A stretch of 64,000 bases of DNA from Octopus sinensis (GCF_006345805.1 NC_042999.1:69936001-70000000), one strand, 5' to 3'. Positions 1 to 12,905 are shown, counted from the stretch's first letter. Numbers and translations: made by a program. The notes: generated by a model not told the origin, from the sequence alone.

Positions 1-630
1 GCCCCTATACGCATCCAAAACCTGGTCTTCATACAGAAGATTTATAAAAGATCTTGAAACGTATCACCAACGCTGCCTTCGAAGTATATTCAACATCAGC
101 TGGAAATAAAGACGGACAATCAGTGTGTTGAAAGAAACCAACATGATCGCCATTGAAGCCATCACCATTCAAAAACAGATGAATTGGACGGATCATATTG
201 TTCGGATGAAAAACAACCGTCTACCGAAGCAGCTTCTCTACTCCTAGCTAAAAGAAGGAAAACGAAGAAGAGGGAAAAAGAAAAGATTCAAAGATGTGCT
301 GAAAATCAACTTCGAGAATTGTAATATTGACATCGAGAAGTGGGAGAGGAATGCTCGGGATCAAGAACGCTAGAGATCGATCATCAAAGAGAAACTGACA
401 ACTTTTGAAACCGGTTGGATTTGCCGAGCAAGAAGGAATAAAAAAAGGAGGTGCGGAAGACAGACAAGAACAACCAAGAAGGAACCTTCCATCCGGAACC
501 TCCTGTCCGATTTGCGGAAGGAAATTCCGAGAAAGAATTGGACTCATCAGTCACCTTAGAATTCATAAATAACTATAGAAAAAAAGGTCATTAAGACCTT
601 CATCCTCCACCTCGAGGGATAGCCACGACG
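1..630 (+). mobile_element. RTE-clade non-LTR retrotransposon, 3' end (degenerate RT C-terminus plus C2H2 zinc finger)
   Basis: Frame 1 reads ALYASKTW..LETYHQRCLRSIFNISWK*..QMNWTDHIVRMKNNRLPKQLLYS*LKEGKR..KRFKDVLK, the typical RTE post-RT region with in-frame stops. It ends in CPICGRKFRERIGLISHLRIHK* at ~569, followed by a short 3' UTR. Confidence 0.9.
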
Positions 631-697
631 AGTGGTTTTATTGTGCTTTGCAGCCTCCAAATTATGTGTAAGTTGTTGCTCTTATTGATATAGTTGC

Positions 698-1051
698 TGT
701 TTGTTTGTTTGTTGAGCGAAGCGGTTTTCGTCCCAGTGTAGTGGGAGAAGTCTGAAACGTGGTCCTTTGCTATTCGTAAGACCCACAGAAGAGAAAGCAG
801 GTCAACCCTTGACACCGAGAGCATCGACGGATGGATGAATGCGCATCGAGGCTCAGCGGTTGCGTAGGAAGTCGGGGACAAGAAACAGGAAAGTTGGAGC
901 GAAAAAGTACAGCAGGGACCGCCACCATCCCCTGCCGGAGCCTTGTGGAGCTTTAGGTGTTTTCGCTCAATAAACACACACAACGGAATCGAAACTGCGA
1001 TCCTCCGACCGCGGGTCCGCTGCCCTAACCACTGGACCATTGTGACTCCAC
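698..1051 (-). mobile_element. tRNA-derived SINE, family S3 (tail variant A)
   Basis: Minus-strand head GTGGAGTCACAATGGTCCAGTGGTTAGGGCAG..GTTTCGATTCC with Pol III A/B boxes; (CAAA)n tail; head shared with 8756-9061 and 47822-48122. Confidence 0.85.
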
Positions 1052-1688
1052 TTGCTGTTGCTGCTGTTTAACCTCCCATTATCTACGAATCAAGCATAAC
1101 TTATATATCAAAGGCCAGTGGCGTAGTTAAAGCGTGTGTTACTCAAGCAACCATCGAGTCTGCTTCCATTACTCGATCCTCAAGCCTATACAGGCTTGTA
1201 CAGCTTACCGAAAATTGCCGCCCCCCAAAAGATGTTGTTCGGGTCCTCTCGCATCCACGGTGCTGTCAAAGGCTTTGAAATCATAGCTGCTCTGTTTTTT
1301 TTTTTCGTTCAGGACTAGAATAGTATACTTCAGACTACATTATCCAATATATTTTTTTCCAACACTCTAAAGTGTAGTTTGAGGGAACGATTTGGCTATT
1401 ATTTCTTGCAAATAGAGCGGCCGCTTTAAGGCTGAAGCTTTCGTTGAACGATATTTTAGTGTGACAAGGAGGGAGCGAGAGAAAGAAAGAAAGAAAAATA
1501 GACAGAGAGACAGTCAGGCAGACAGACAGACAGCCCTTGTAGATACGAGTGCGCGTAATCTTCAACGATTCCAGATGGATAGTCACAAAACAATTGTTGA
1601 TTGTTGTAGTTATGTGTGTGAGGAGCGGCCAACGTGAAAGGATGGAGGATGTGGAGAGGAGGATGTGGAGGAGGAAGAAGGAGGAGGG

Positions 1689-1744
1689 GAAGAAGAAGAA
1701 GAAGAAGAAGAAGAAGAAGAAGAAGAAGAAGAAGAAGAAGAAGA
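1689..1744. repeat. (GAA)n microsatellite
   Basis: Direct inspection; explains the poly-F/L/K ORFs. Confidence 0.95.
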
Positions 1745-2025
1745 ACATAGTACACACCAATAAAATCAAATAGGCGTAAGGGTCAACGAGTCTCTATGCA
1801 GTTTCCAAATATGCTAGAAATAGCAAACAAATTCCCTCAAATTTCGCCCATAACACACTGCACAATATGTCACTCTCATATATTAAAAAGCACGGAATGG
1901 TTACCGTTGGAACGCCTTTCATCATCATTCTGCTTAATCAGAATTGGACTGCGGCTATAAACAACAACGGTAACTGCAAATAAATGTAGGATGAAGGAAG
2001 AGAGAGGAGAGAGAGGGAGAGAGTA

Positions 2026-2091
<66 letters not shown>

Positions 2092-2100
2092 AAATCCTTA

Positions 2101-2207
2101 GCACGCGGCTATTGTAGAAGACACTTGTCCAAGGTGCCACGTAGTGGGACTGAACCAGGAACCATGTGGTTGGGAAGCAACCTTCATACCACACAGCCAC
2201 GCCTGTG

Positions 2208-2210
<3 letters not shown>
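2101..2210 (-). mobile_element. tRNA-derived SINE family S2, 5' fragment
   Basis: Reverse complement of GGCACAGGCGTGGCTGTGTGG..GGTTCAGTCCCACT..GGCACCTTGGACAAGTGTCTTCT; many copies in the window. Confidence 0.85.
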
Positions 2211-2262
<52 letters not shown>

Positions 2263-2394
2263 AATTAATAAATAATAAAACATATGCATATATTACATAT
2301 ATATAATAATTTAATAAATAAAATATATGCAGACATACATACATATATGTACGTACCTACATTATATGTATATATACATGCATATATATATATT

Positions 2395-2474
2395 GAGTAC
2401 AGGACACCAGAAATAAACGTAGAACACAACGAGAAACGTATGTTCTACGTTTATTTGTGGTGTCCTGTAACCTC
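2395..2474. repeat. Short inverted repeat embedded in (TA)n
   Basis: TACAGGACACCAGAAATAAACGTAGAACA (2398-2426) pairs with TGTTCTACGTTTATTTGTGGTGTCCTGTA (2441-2469). Confidence 0.8.
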
Positions 2475-2480
2475 ATATAT

Positions 2481-2541
<61 letters not shown>

Positions 2542-2744
2542 TTTTACGAACGCTATTTTTTGAGAATGGCGAAGGAGCAAACAGAAAGTGCCATCTCTAC
2601 TTGAAGGCAGCCAGGACAGACAGAAAGGACAGTAGCAGAGTTCTCGTCGCGGTTCAACGACGGGAGAGAGGAGGAGGAGTAGAGAAAGGGAGAGAAAAAA
2701 AGGGATTGGTTGTAGAGAAAAAGAAGGAAGAAGGAGAGAGAGAG

Positions 2745-2833
<89 letters not shown>

Positions 2834-2844
2834 TGAGTAACAAT

Positions 2845-3149
2845 GAAGGGTGAAATTAATAATTTGGAATAATTATCAATTACACCAAGTAGTCTTCGGC
2901 ATGTTAAAGCCTCATTCGAGGAAAATTTAAGTAATACTAAGCAATTAAGGGTTTAGCAACGAATTGCCTTACCGCACACCGATTTAGAAATAGCAGTCAA
3001 AGAGATTATAGCTTTTTCTACTAAAAGGGGGATCACAAATGCTGTGTCTTTACTGTGATCTCTTTTAGTAGAAGAAATAGCTATAACCTTTGACTGCTAT
3101 TTCTAATTCGGTGTACGGTAAGGCAATTCGTTGCTAACCCTTAATTGCT
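2845..3149. mobile_element. (TA)n-embedded inverted-repeat element (probable Penelope-like termini)
   Basis: Arms ~2940-3038 and ~3054-3149 are near-perfect reverse complements; (TA)n on both sides; the left terminus resembles 6070-6250. Confidence 0.65.
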
Positions 3150-3155
3150 ATATAT

Positions 3156-3279
<124 letters not shown>

Positions 3280-3292
3280 ACATATATACATA

Positions 3293-3334
<42 letters not shown>

Positions 3335-3501
3335 TAATATATATATATATTCAAAAGCAATAAAGATTCAAGTTAATTTAAATGAATTTACTTGAATATG
3401 GTACCTAACTTAGATGCACCAAAACAAACTATACGGTTTTAACAATACAGTAATGTGGGGTGATTATAAGCGAGAAAAAAAGCAACAAGAATGGATAGGT
3501 T

Positions 3502-3590
3502 TTTAGTACAATCGTTTCATACAAGGACAGGCTTTATTAAAAGTTGCAAAAATTGCAGCATATAAACGTGTCCCGTACTCATCAGCTAAA
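3502..3590 (-). ncRNA. Type I hammerhead ribozyme motif (mirror copy)
   Basis: Reverse complement of the 3926-4013 motif. Confidence 0.7.
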
Positions 3591-3925
3591 ATACATGTGA
3601 GTTCTCTAGACATCCTAGTGGTTGAGGCTATACTCATGAAGTAATGTAGATAATTAAGTAACATAAACAGAATTCCAAAGTTCATTAAAGTTCTTTAAAG
3701 ATGATGTACAGTCTTATCACAGAATTTTAAAAAGTTTAATAGCATCACAGAGAAGGTGACTAATCCATAGTGTACATATGAATTTCCAGAGATATGAGGA
3801 GGGATTACATACTCACAGACGACAAATTTATCCATTGCTAATGGAATTCTGTTTATGTTACTTAATATCTACATTACTTCATGAGTATAGCTCAACCACT
3901 AGGATGTCTAGAGAACTCACATGTA

Positions 3926-4013
3926 TTTAGCTGATGAGTACGGGACACGTTATATGCTGCAATTTTTGCAACTTTTAATAAAGCCTGTCCTTGTATGAAA
4001 CGATTGTACTAAA
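3926..4013 (+). ncRNA. Type I hammerhead ribozyme motif with extended stem II
   Basis: TTTAG-CTGATGA(3931)-GTACGGGACA...TGTCCTTGTAT-GAAAC(3997)-GATT-GTA-CTAAA: stem I TTTAG/CTAAA, intact core, minimal stem III, GUA cleavage triplet. Confidence 0.75.
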
Positions 4014-4095
4014 AACCTATCCATTCTTGTTGCTTTTTTCTCGCTTATATATATATATATATATATATACCTGTATGCACACACACACCACACAA

Positions 4096-4144
<49 letters not shown>

Positions 4145-4147
<3 letters not shown>

Positions 4148-4284
4148 GACGAGCTTCTTTCAGCTTCCGTCTACCAAATCCAGCACAAGGATTTGGTCGG
4201 CCCAAGCCTACGGTAGAAAACACTGGAACCCGAAACCATGTGGTTGGAGAGCAAGCTTTTCGCCACGCAACCACGCCTGTACCT
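4145..4284 (-). mobile_element. SINE family S2 fragment
   Basis: Matches the 5' half of the S2 copy at 43217-43625. Confidence 0.8.
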
Positions 4285-4673
4285 ATACACAAACGATAGA
4301 ATATATACACAGGCATATTTATCTAAACACACATACGCACACACACACGTACACACATGAACACACACGCACACACACACGTACACACATGAACACACAC
4401 GCACACACATACATTTCATTTCTATTACAACAGTAAAATGTATACAAACAACCATCCGTCAGATAATCATCTTGAGTGTAATTGTGCCAGCTTCAACTCG
4501 CGTTCACTCTACGGCAAAAGTATCAGCGAGGAGTCGTACATTTCATTAAGATGAAGTTAATAAACAACACCGAGTCTTCTTATTCAGACTAAACATAAGA
4601 TACCTATTCCTTTACTACCCACAAGGGGCTAAACACAGAAGGGACAAACAAGGACAGACAAACGGATTAAGTC

Positions 4674-4773
4674 NNNNNNNNNNNNNNNNNNNNNNNNNNN
4701 NNNNNNNNNNNNNNNNNNNNNNNNNNNNNNNNNNNNNNNNNNNNNNNNNNNNNNNNNNNNNNNNNNNNNNNNN
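4674..4773. other. Assembly gap (100 N), truncating an S1 SINE 3' end at ~4602-4673
   Basis: Run of N. Confidence 0.99.
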
Positions 4774-4925
4774 TACTTTTTATCCCGATCATGAACACCA
4801 ATGCTTATATACATACACATATTTTGTATGTGTATTTTTTATCTTCTGTAGTATCAGCTCAGAGCTTCGGCCATGCTAATGCACCGCCGTTTGTATATAT
4901 ATTTATAATTATTATGCATTATATA

Positions 4926-5022
<97 letters not shown>

Positions 5023-5032
5023 GGGTATGTAC

Positions 5033-5067
<35 letters not shown>

Positions 5068-5098
5068 TATGTATATATATACCAGCCACACACACAGA

Positions 5099-5148
<50 letters not shown>

Positions 5149-5860
5149 CACACACACATATATAAAAGCGGATAAAGATTATATATATATAATAAAAGAA
5201 AGTCAATAAAACTTTTGGTATTTGTTCGTTCGTTGAAAATGTTTTACTCGTATAAACAGAATAGAGGTGATGAGAGAAAACACTCTCAGAAAAAAATGTA
5301 GATATGAAAAAAAAAAGGTAAAATGAGAAGCGAAACAAAGATCCAACATGAACAACAGTGCAATGATGGGTATAACGTTGAAATGTTCATATGACTATGC
5401 TCTGGCATCAGTTAAATCTCTCACCTTTAGAATTGTGTAAATTAAGATAACCATGCAAATACTTGCGCACAACAATACAGCTATACGCTTCCATAGGTAT
5501 TAGATGCGTGTATTGTAAAATGATATTCTGAGGCAGAAAATACTTCAAAAAATAAATAAGTCACTATGACTCCCTTGGACACAAGGAACGTTGTGGAAAA
5601 AGGCAGTTAAACTATTCAGCAATATTGCTTACGAGAAAAGGGGAAACCCCTATATGGTCGTTTGACCTGAAGCAGGAAGAAAAGCTCTACGCAGTCGTTT
5701 AGCCTACAGAGACACGTAAAATATTAATCGAATCATACAGTAGTATCTTTAAATATAGGAAGTAATGAGTGATTCTTTTTTAGACATTTTGCATCCTGGA
5801 TGGCAGAATATTCTATCAAATAATCATCAGGTAAAGTGTACTAAGCACATACATACAGGC

Positions 5861-5893
<33 letters not shown>

Positions 5894-6332
5894 TGTATGT
5901 ATGTATGTATGTATGTATGTATGTATGTATGTATGTATGGATGGATGGATGGATGGATGGATGGATATATATATAGACCCTCTCTATAAATGTTCTGAAA
6001 TCTTTCACAGCCTTGGATTTTTATCTTTCTGTTAATTATATATATATATATATATATATATTTCAACAATTGAGGGTAAAATTAATTAATTATTAATCAA
6101 TTTTACCAAGTGTTCAGTATGTAAAGGGACCATTTAAGGCGAATTCAAATTATTACATTATATAAAAGGGCTTAGTAAAATAAATTACTTTGCCACATAC
6201 TGAACTCATTAGAAATAGTAGCTAAAAAAACTTTTTTAAAACTATTTCTAATACTTAAAGAAAATCTCTCTCATATAGTGTTTGCTCAATTCAACTCACG
6301 AAAGTATGGGGGTAAAGACATTAAAAAATCAA

Positions 6333-6372
<40 letters not shown>

Positions 6373-6957
6373 GAAGGGAGAGAGTGGGAGAGAGAGATGC
6401 ATATTATAGTGTTAGTGTACGTACTTCCATACAAGCATAAAAGTACTTAATGCAAATGATATCTGAGAATCTGAATATGTGCACGTATATATGTATACAT
6501 ACATACATACATACACACACGCACACACACACACACATAATATACTAAAGTATATATGTTTGCGTGTAAAAATGAAAATAAACACATAGACAAGTTAATT
6601 AGAGATAATAAAGCAAATATTTTAAGTCGTTAATTCTTAATTAGAATCTAATCTAACCTTGTCAGGATACTTAATTACATTTTTTTCTTCTTTTACGAAC
6701 AAAATGTTATTTAAACATAAATGTAATCAAGGCTGACTTGATATCATTATATCCCATGCGTTCGCAAATAGACAGACGCACTTTAGCGCTCGCAACTTTG
6801 AAGCAACGCAACGTCCAAGATGTAGTAGATAGAGAAGAGAAAGTTATTCACCCAACACGTGGTGTATATGTAAAAAACGAATCCGCAGGGATGAAAGGCA
6901 ATACATATACATGTATGTATGTATGGATGGATGTAATGACACAAATGGACTGAGGTT

Positions 6958-7046
6958 TGCTACAGCTGTTTCAGACGCGTTTTTATATTGATGAAAAAAT
7001 CAATTACATCATGAAATGGAAAACAAAAACCTCTTCTTCAGGTGAA
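6958..7046 (-). ncRNA. Degenerate hammerhead motif in a Penelope-like terminus
   Basis: Minus strand CTGAAGA-AGAGGTTTTT...AAAAACGCGTCT-GAAAC-AGCT-GTA, with palindromic ACAGCTGT; stem I is weak. Confidence 0.5.
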
Positions 7047-7128
7047 TTAAAATTAAAATCTAGATTTTAACATTTAAGATTTGGAACATGAAGAATGAAG
7101 AATTATTCTGACTCCCTTCATCACCGTG

Positions 7129-7166
<38 letters not shown>

Positions 7167-7222
7167 TGTGTGTCTGTGTGCGTACGTGCGTGTGTGTGTG
7201 CGTGTAACTGTGTGTGTATGTA

Positions 7223-7502
7223 TCTTTTATTACTTGCATGTTTCAGTCATTGACTGCGGCCATGCTGTAACATTGCCTTGATGGGTTTTTGTCGAACAAA
7301 TTGCTCCCATAACTTATGTTCCCTTTATTTTCTTTAAGGCTGATATTTATTCTGTCCGTTTCTTTTGCCGAACCGCCAGATTACAGAGTGGAAACAAAGC
7401 AACACCGGATCTCAAACGGTAGGTTGTGACAAACACAGACACAAACTCACAGGCACATCTATATATATACACGTGTGTGTTGTGTATGTGTGTATGGATA
7501 CA

Positions 7503-7551
<49 letters not shown>

Positions 7552-7790
7552 CACCACACACACACACACACCTATATATATATGTATATATATATATATA
7601 TATTATAATATTATTTATATATATATATATAACCGACTTTTACACAGTTTCAGTCTATCAAATTCATTCACAAGACATCAGTCGATCCGGAGCTATTGCA
7701 GAAGTTACTTGCCCATGGTGACATGCTGTGGAACTGAACCTGAATTCCCGCAGTAGTTGCAAAGCGAACTTCTTAACCATACAGCCTTGC
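7223..7790 (-). mobile_element. SINE family S2, degenerate full-length copy with internal microsatellite
   Basis: 3' TGTTTCAGTCATTGACTGCGGCCATGCTG end and 5' head both present. Confidence 0.75.
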
Positions 7791-7830
7791 TTCAATGTGC
7801 GTATATACAAATATATATATAAATATATAT

Positions 7831-8162
7831 AAAGACCCCCTTCGGTCATGAATGACCATGGGATTGCACCTAGAAAGTTACCCTCCTAGACACAAGTCCG
7901 GGCAAGGTTGTTTATGGAAGACCAGCAGTCGCCCATGCATACCAGCCTCCCCTCTCCACGCCACCAGTGTCATCCAAGGGAAAGACAAAGGTCGATACAG
8001 CTTGGCACCTGTGACGTCGCAACTCATTTCTACAGCTGAGTGAATTGGAGCAACGTGAAATAAAGTGCCTTGCTCAAGAACACAACACGCAGCCCGGTCC
8101 GGGATTCGAGCTCACAACCTCACGATCGTAAGCTGATGCTCTAACCACTGAGCCATGCGCCT
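7831..8162 (-). mobile_element. tRNA-derived SINE family S4 (Val-like head)
   Basis: Minus AGGCGCATGGCTCAGTGGTTAGAGCATCAGCTTACGATCGTGAGGTTGTGAGCTCGAATCCC (A/B boxes, TAC in the anticodon position), then a GTGTTCTTGAGCAAGGCACTT core. Confidence 0.85.
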
Positions 8163-8356
8163 CATGTCAAAGGGAAATGTAATTTAATTAAAATTAAAAC
8201 ATTCAATCAAAATTTACATTTCCAGTGGTCTAACGTGCAAAAAAAATTAGTCAAGAAGACTATATATTAGTCATACGATATAGTGTATATTTATACACAT
8301 AAGGAATTCCTACAAGTGGATTCCTTATGTGTCTAAATATACAATATCGTATGACT

Positions 8357-8394
<38 letters not shown>

Positions 8395-8548
8395 ATATAT
8401 ATAATAATATATATATTATATATATATATATATTGATGTATAAAGTTAATTTATTTGTTTGGAATAAAAATTCCGGCATAACAGGGTTCAAATTATTCTC
8501 AATGAGGAAATATGTATTTTCATTTAGATATAGTAGGCCCCTTTCTCC

Positions 8549-8630
8549 CACCATATAAAAGAATTTTAATTTAAATACTTACTACTTTATAAAGTAGTAA
8601 GTATTTAAATTAAAATTCTTTTATATGGTG
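8549..8630. repeat. Perfect 82-bp spacerless palindrome
   Basis: Checked base by base around the centre 8589/8590. Confidence 0.95.
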
Positions 8631-8755
8631 CAATGGCCATACTCGATAATGAGGGGGCAGCCATGCGTGTGCATGTATCATGAATTAGTAGCATTTACAA
8701 CTTCAGAACCGCTTTAAAACTGGCCTAAGTTTCATCAGCTTGATATAAAAAAAAA

Positions 8756-9061
8756 CGTCGCCCTTTTCAAACCTGGCCAGGCTCATGGACCCTGTTTCCC
8801 GGTTTCTGTGGCGTATGTGTTCCCCCCAGCTGGACGGGACGCCAGTCTATCGCAGCGTTACTCAAGAAACAGAAAGAGAGAGTGAGAGAAAGTTGTGGCG
8901 AAAGAGTACAACAGAGGTCGCCACCACCCCCTGCCGGAGCCTCGTGGAGCTTTTAGGAGTTTTCGCTCAATAAACACACACAACGCCCGGTCTAGAAATC
9001 GAAACCGCGATCCTCCGACCGCGAGTCCACTGCCCTAACCACTGGGCCATTGCGCCTCCAC
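8756..9061 (-). mobile_element. tRNA-derived SINE family S3 (tail variant B), full length
   Basis: Near-identical inverted copy of 47822-48122. Confidence 0.9.
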
Positions 9062-9354
9062 CATCTGCTTGATATACAGAGTTAAAATTCATTTGGGGGA
9101 TAAGTTTCACATAACATCAACACAACAGGAAAGACAGACCAATAATTTGGAACATCTGTGATGAATTAGCTTCAATCAACATACGGAGATATAGATTTTT
9201 CTTTCAGAGTGACTGCATAAATATTTTCTAAGGAAGGATATGCGTGGATAGTCTCCTGTTGCCTTCAACAATCAAGCTTGAAATCCAAGTATTTATTCAG
9301 ATGATATATTCCCCCCTATAGTTAGGTAAACTGCGGTCGGTAGAATGAAATCTA

Positions 9355-9920
9355 TTGGGTTGTCCGGAAAGTTCGTGCCGATTTTTAAAGGAAAGAAAAT
9401 GGTCAATAAATACTTGCCATTACATTTTTAATCAACCAAATATGAACCATTTTGTTGCACAATGCGTCTCCATCTTTCCTTTAACTTGAAAATACCCTCT
9501 TCCCAGAATTGAGGTGGTTTCATGGCAAAGCATTTACAAAGGTATCTTTTTACGTCTTCCAAGGAATTGAAATTTTTACCATTAAGATTATTCTGCAGAG
9601 ACCTGAATAAATGGAAATCCGAATGAGCAATATCTGGTGAATATGGAGGGTGGGGTAACACATCCCAGCCGAGCTGCAGCAATTTTTGTCTGGTTCCCAA
9701 CGCATCAAGTGCCAAAAATGAACTTTCTTATCTTCCATTTTAAAGGGTTACAGAATTAACACAGGTTATAAGAACATAAACGTTCTTCCACGAAAAGATA
9801 GCTTAAACTGTGCTCTAAATGGAGGTGTAGTCAAATCCTATTTGATGGACTCAACCATGTTCTAAAATAAGTCGGAAGGTAAGCTGCAGTAAATCGGCAC
9901 GAACTTTCCGGACAACCCAA
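9355..9920 (-). mobile_element. Internally deleted mariner (DD34D) transposon
   Basis: 30-bp TIRs TTGGGTTGTCCGGAAAGTTCGTGCCGATTT / AAATCGGCACGAACTTTCCGGACAACCCAA with TA target duplication. The N-terminus MEDKKVHFWHL is fused out of frame to the C-terminus LGWDVLPHPPYSPDIAHSDFHLFRSLQN..GIFKLKERW. Confidence 0.95.
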
Positions 9921-10642
9921 TACAATCCTGCAAGCGCTTTAAAACGCATGAAAAACGTAGTGATTTGACAATCTATGAACTGATATGGTTACTCTAAAAC
10001 CATATCAACACAACCACTTCATGTCTGCATGTAAACGAGAAGTGAATAAGGTTTACTAATTCCAAACATATTTTAGGCAAACTGAATTCCATCCACTTCA
10101 TGTATTTTCAATCATTCAAAAAATGAATCATTTTTATTTTTAATTTCTCCTTTTTCTTGTTTGTTTTCATATTCATTTAACAGTTTATGTTAACAGAACA
10201 TCTGTATCAAATTATAAATAAGACCTCGCGAACTACGTCAGTACAATAATTTCCATGCCTCTGCTATCAATTTGAATACATCCTTCTTCTGTAAACACAC
10301 ACGTCTAAACAAGACGACATAACTTGGAAGTCGTAAGATCGGCTTACTGAAATGCTTTCCAGACTTGTCAAATTACTTTGTATCTAGATTTGAAGCCGTC
10401 GATGTGAAAAGAAGCTTCAACTTGTAATGTAAGCAATTAACATTTAAAGAAACTAAAACCATTCAAGAATATTAGGGGGAACGTAAATGTCACTGACGTA
10501 TGAAGATAAATTTCGAATCAAATATCAAAAAAGTTGGAACATATTTAGTAGTTGATAAAGAAGCATATAGCACTAATGCTTATCATTTGGAGTCCGTTGT
10601 GTATATACTTGCATTATTTTCACTACTGCATCTACATATATT

Positions 10643-10686
<44 letters not shown>

Positions 10687-10766
10687 GGTTGTGTGTGTGT
10701 GTGTATGTATATATATATATATATGTATATATATGTATATATATATATATGTTATATATATATGTA

Positions 10767-10809
<43 letters not shown>

Positions 10810-10820
10810 ATATATATATG

Positions 10821-10910
<90 letters not shown>

Positions 10911-11559
10911 ATATATTGTAGCGTCAACGAAGTAAAACTACACTAGAGATATTAAGGGAAGACTTTGCATAACGTAGTTAAATGTTCTAAATCGCTAAAT
11001 TACTGTTATGTTTAATTTTCATTTTATTTGTAAGAGGAGAAAAATTATTAAGTATCCTGACAAAGTTAGATTAGGTTTTAATTAAGAGTTAACGACCTAA
11101 AATATTTGTTTTTTATCTCTAATTAACATGTCCATCTGTTTATCTTTATTATAGTCATACACATGCACTCACGCACACATACACATTATCAATATCACAT
11201 ACGTAATGTATGTTTTTTAAACGGTACAAAGCTGCGGTACTTCGCCTAACGGAGATCTCCCTTAGTAGAGATCCCTTAGACGTATAGCGTTAAAAAAATC
11301 ACACCCTACCTCAAAGATAGATGAAACGAATTTGCTCTGGAAGTAAACAAGGGCGGCATATACCGATATTTCGCAGTTATTTCCGCTTGCAAGTGTCACA
11401 TGTTCTTCTACTATCGAAACAAGCCGCAACAGCCAAACAGAAGTATGTATACAAAATAGCGTAAAATGTATTTACTGACGTGAAAAAAGTGTCCCACAAG
11501 TAAAACAAAATTCAAATATTGTGTTTGTAACACCTCAATAATATATAAACATATACATA

Positions 11560-11760
11560 TATAGTTGAAATATACAGAAAAACAAAAGACAAAGACGGGT
11601 GTATGAACAACAAGCAGGTGTATTAGTTTGACGCTCGGGAAAGTGAGGAAGTATTTTACGTTTCGAGCTTACGCTCTCCAACAGGAAGGAATAAGAGAAT
11701 ATAAACAGAGAGAGAATTTTAAAAAAACCTTTTGGATTTAGCGATCAAGCTTGGCGACTG
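11560..11760 (-). mobile_element. Penelope-like terminal fragment with variant hammerhead
   Basis: Minus CTGTTGG-AGAGCGTAAGCTC-GAAACGTAAA; related to 36300-36506. Confidence 0.5.
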
Positions 11761-12059
11761 GTTTGGAAAAAAGAAGTTTTGACACACGAGGTAGAAAAAG
11801 GGAGATAATAAAGTATTAGTGATCCCAAAAGGAAGGTGCACATGCGCGCGCGTATGTGTATGTGAGAATGTGTAAGTGTGTGTGTGTGTGGATATATATT
11901 CAAACCTAATCTATGCCAGAAAATGGAGTTGCGGGAGAAAAAAATTAAAAACATAAATATGGGTTTTTAATTTAAGTAAAAGAATGCAAATTCTGAGGCA
12001 AGAGGTGAAGTTGAGTATATTTATGCCACTTTTATATATTTATGCTCGAAAGAATACAA

Positions 12060-12600
12060 ATAAAATCAGCGTTGTTAGAAGCTTTTCAAGAATACTGGTT
12101 AGATCAGTTCCCATAGTCCTGGAGTTTCCAGATTAAATAGAATATGGAAGTGAAGTGCTTTGTCCCAAAACCTGAATGAGGTCATATACTGAGTAAATAT
12201 TTCCTTATAGTCAATGGCTGTGAGACCCTGGTAAATACTGAGGTAGGATTATTATCAGGTAGGATGATATTCTATTGACTATTGCCTTAGAAATAAGAAT
12301 CCCTTCTTAGGACAGGTTGATTTCAGCAGTTGGTTGCCTGAAGGGAAGCCATCGTGGATGTAAGTCTTCTTGTGTTGTATTATGCAATATTGAAAGCAAT
12401 GTGATCAAGGCTGGCGTAACTAACCTTAACATTAGGTACATTAAAATATTGGGATACTTATGCATGCTTAGGAAGTGTTACTTGAAGAGACATTTATACT
12501 GAACAGGGGACAGTTTTCACTTCCTAACTCTTCTGATACGCGGATATAGATTCTTCGTGAGCACTAACTCCTCACTAATGTTATCTTTATGAAACAGTAG
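12060..12600 (-). mobile_element. Highly degenerate Penelope-like ORF fragment (RT to GIY-YIG linker)
   Basis: Minus translation FPKHA*VSQYFNVPNVKVSYASLDHIAFNIA*YN resembles the PLE motif HFP..HKL.KIFNRN.VK.SYSC; CP followed by GLT..YK..F..Y..SFR downstream. Confidence 0.5.
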
Positions 12601-12886
12601 TAGTGCCTATGATAAGTGATGTGCATTATAAGTTACTCACAGTGCTTCTGTCATTTGCAATCCCTCTCAGGGGCTCTCACGTTGGCATTGGAGTTACTGA
12701 TGGGAATGATGTTTGGTTATTATGCAGCTGTTGCATGGTCATTATCATCATCATTATTAATATCATCAGCATCATCATCATTGGCGACGTGCTGACAAAA
12801 CAGCGTAAAATCTATCGCGCCGGACAAAATGCTAGACAGCATTCTGCCAGTTTTTACGTTTTGAGTTCAAATTCCGCCAAAGTTGA

Positions 12887-12905
12887 CTACTACTACTACT
12901 ACTAT

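Larger units (their letters stand above)
3466..4049. mobile_element. Inverted-repeat element with ~210-bp arms, each carrying a hammerhead motif (Penelope-like pLTR pair)
   Basis: Arms 3466-3677 and 3842-4049 are reverse complements; spacer ~165 bp; (TA)n nearby on both sides. Confidence 0.8.

Noticed and set aside
5340-5600. Minus-strand FN3-like (EYHFTIHASNTYGS) and transmembrane-like peptides
   Set aside because: Different frames, bounded by stops, with no consistent splice-site pair.
7831-9061. tRNA genes
   Set aside because: The tRNA-like heads lack a closed acceptor stem and continue into multi-copy SINE bodies.
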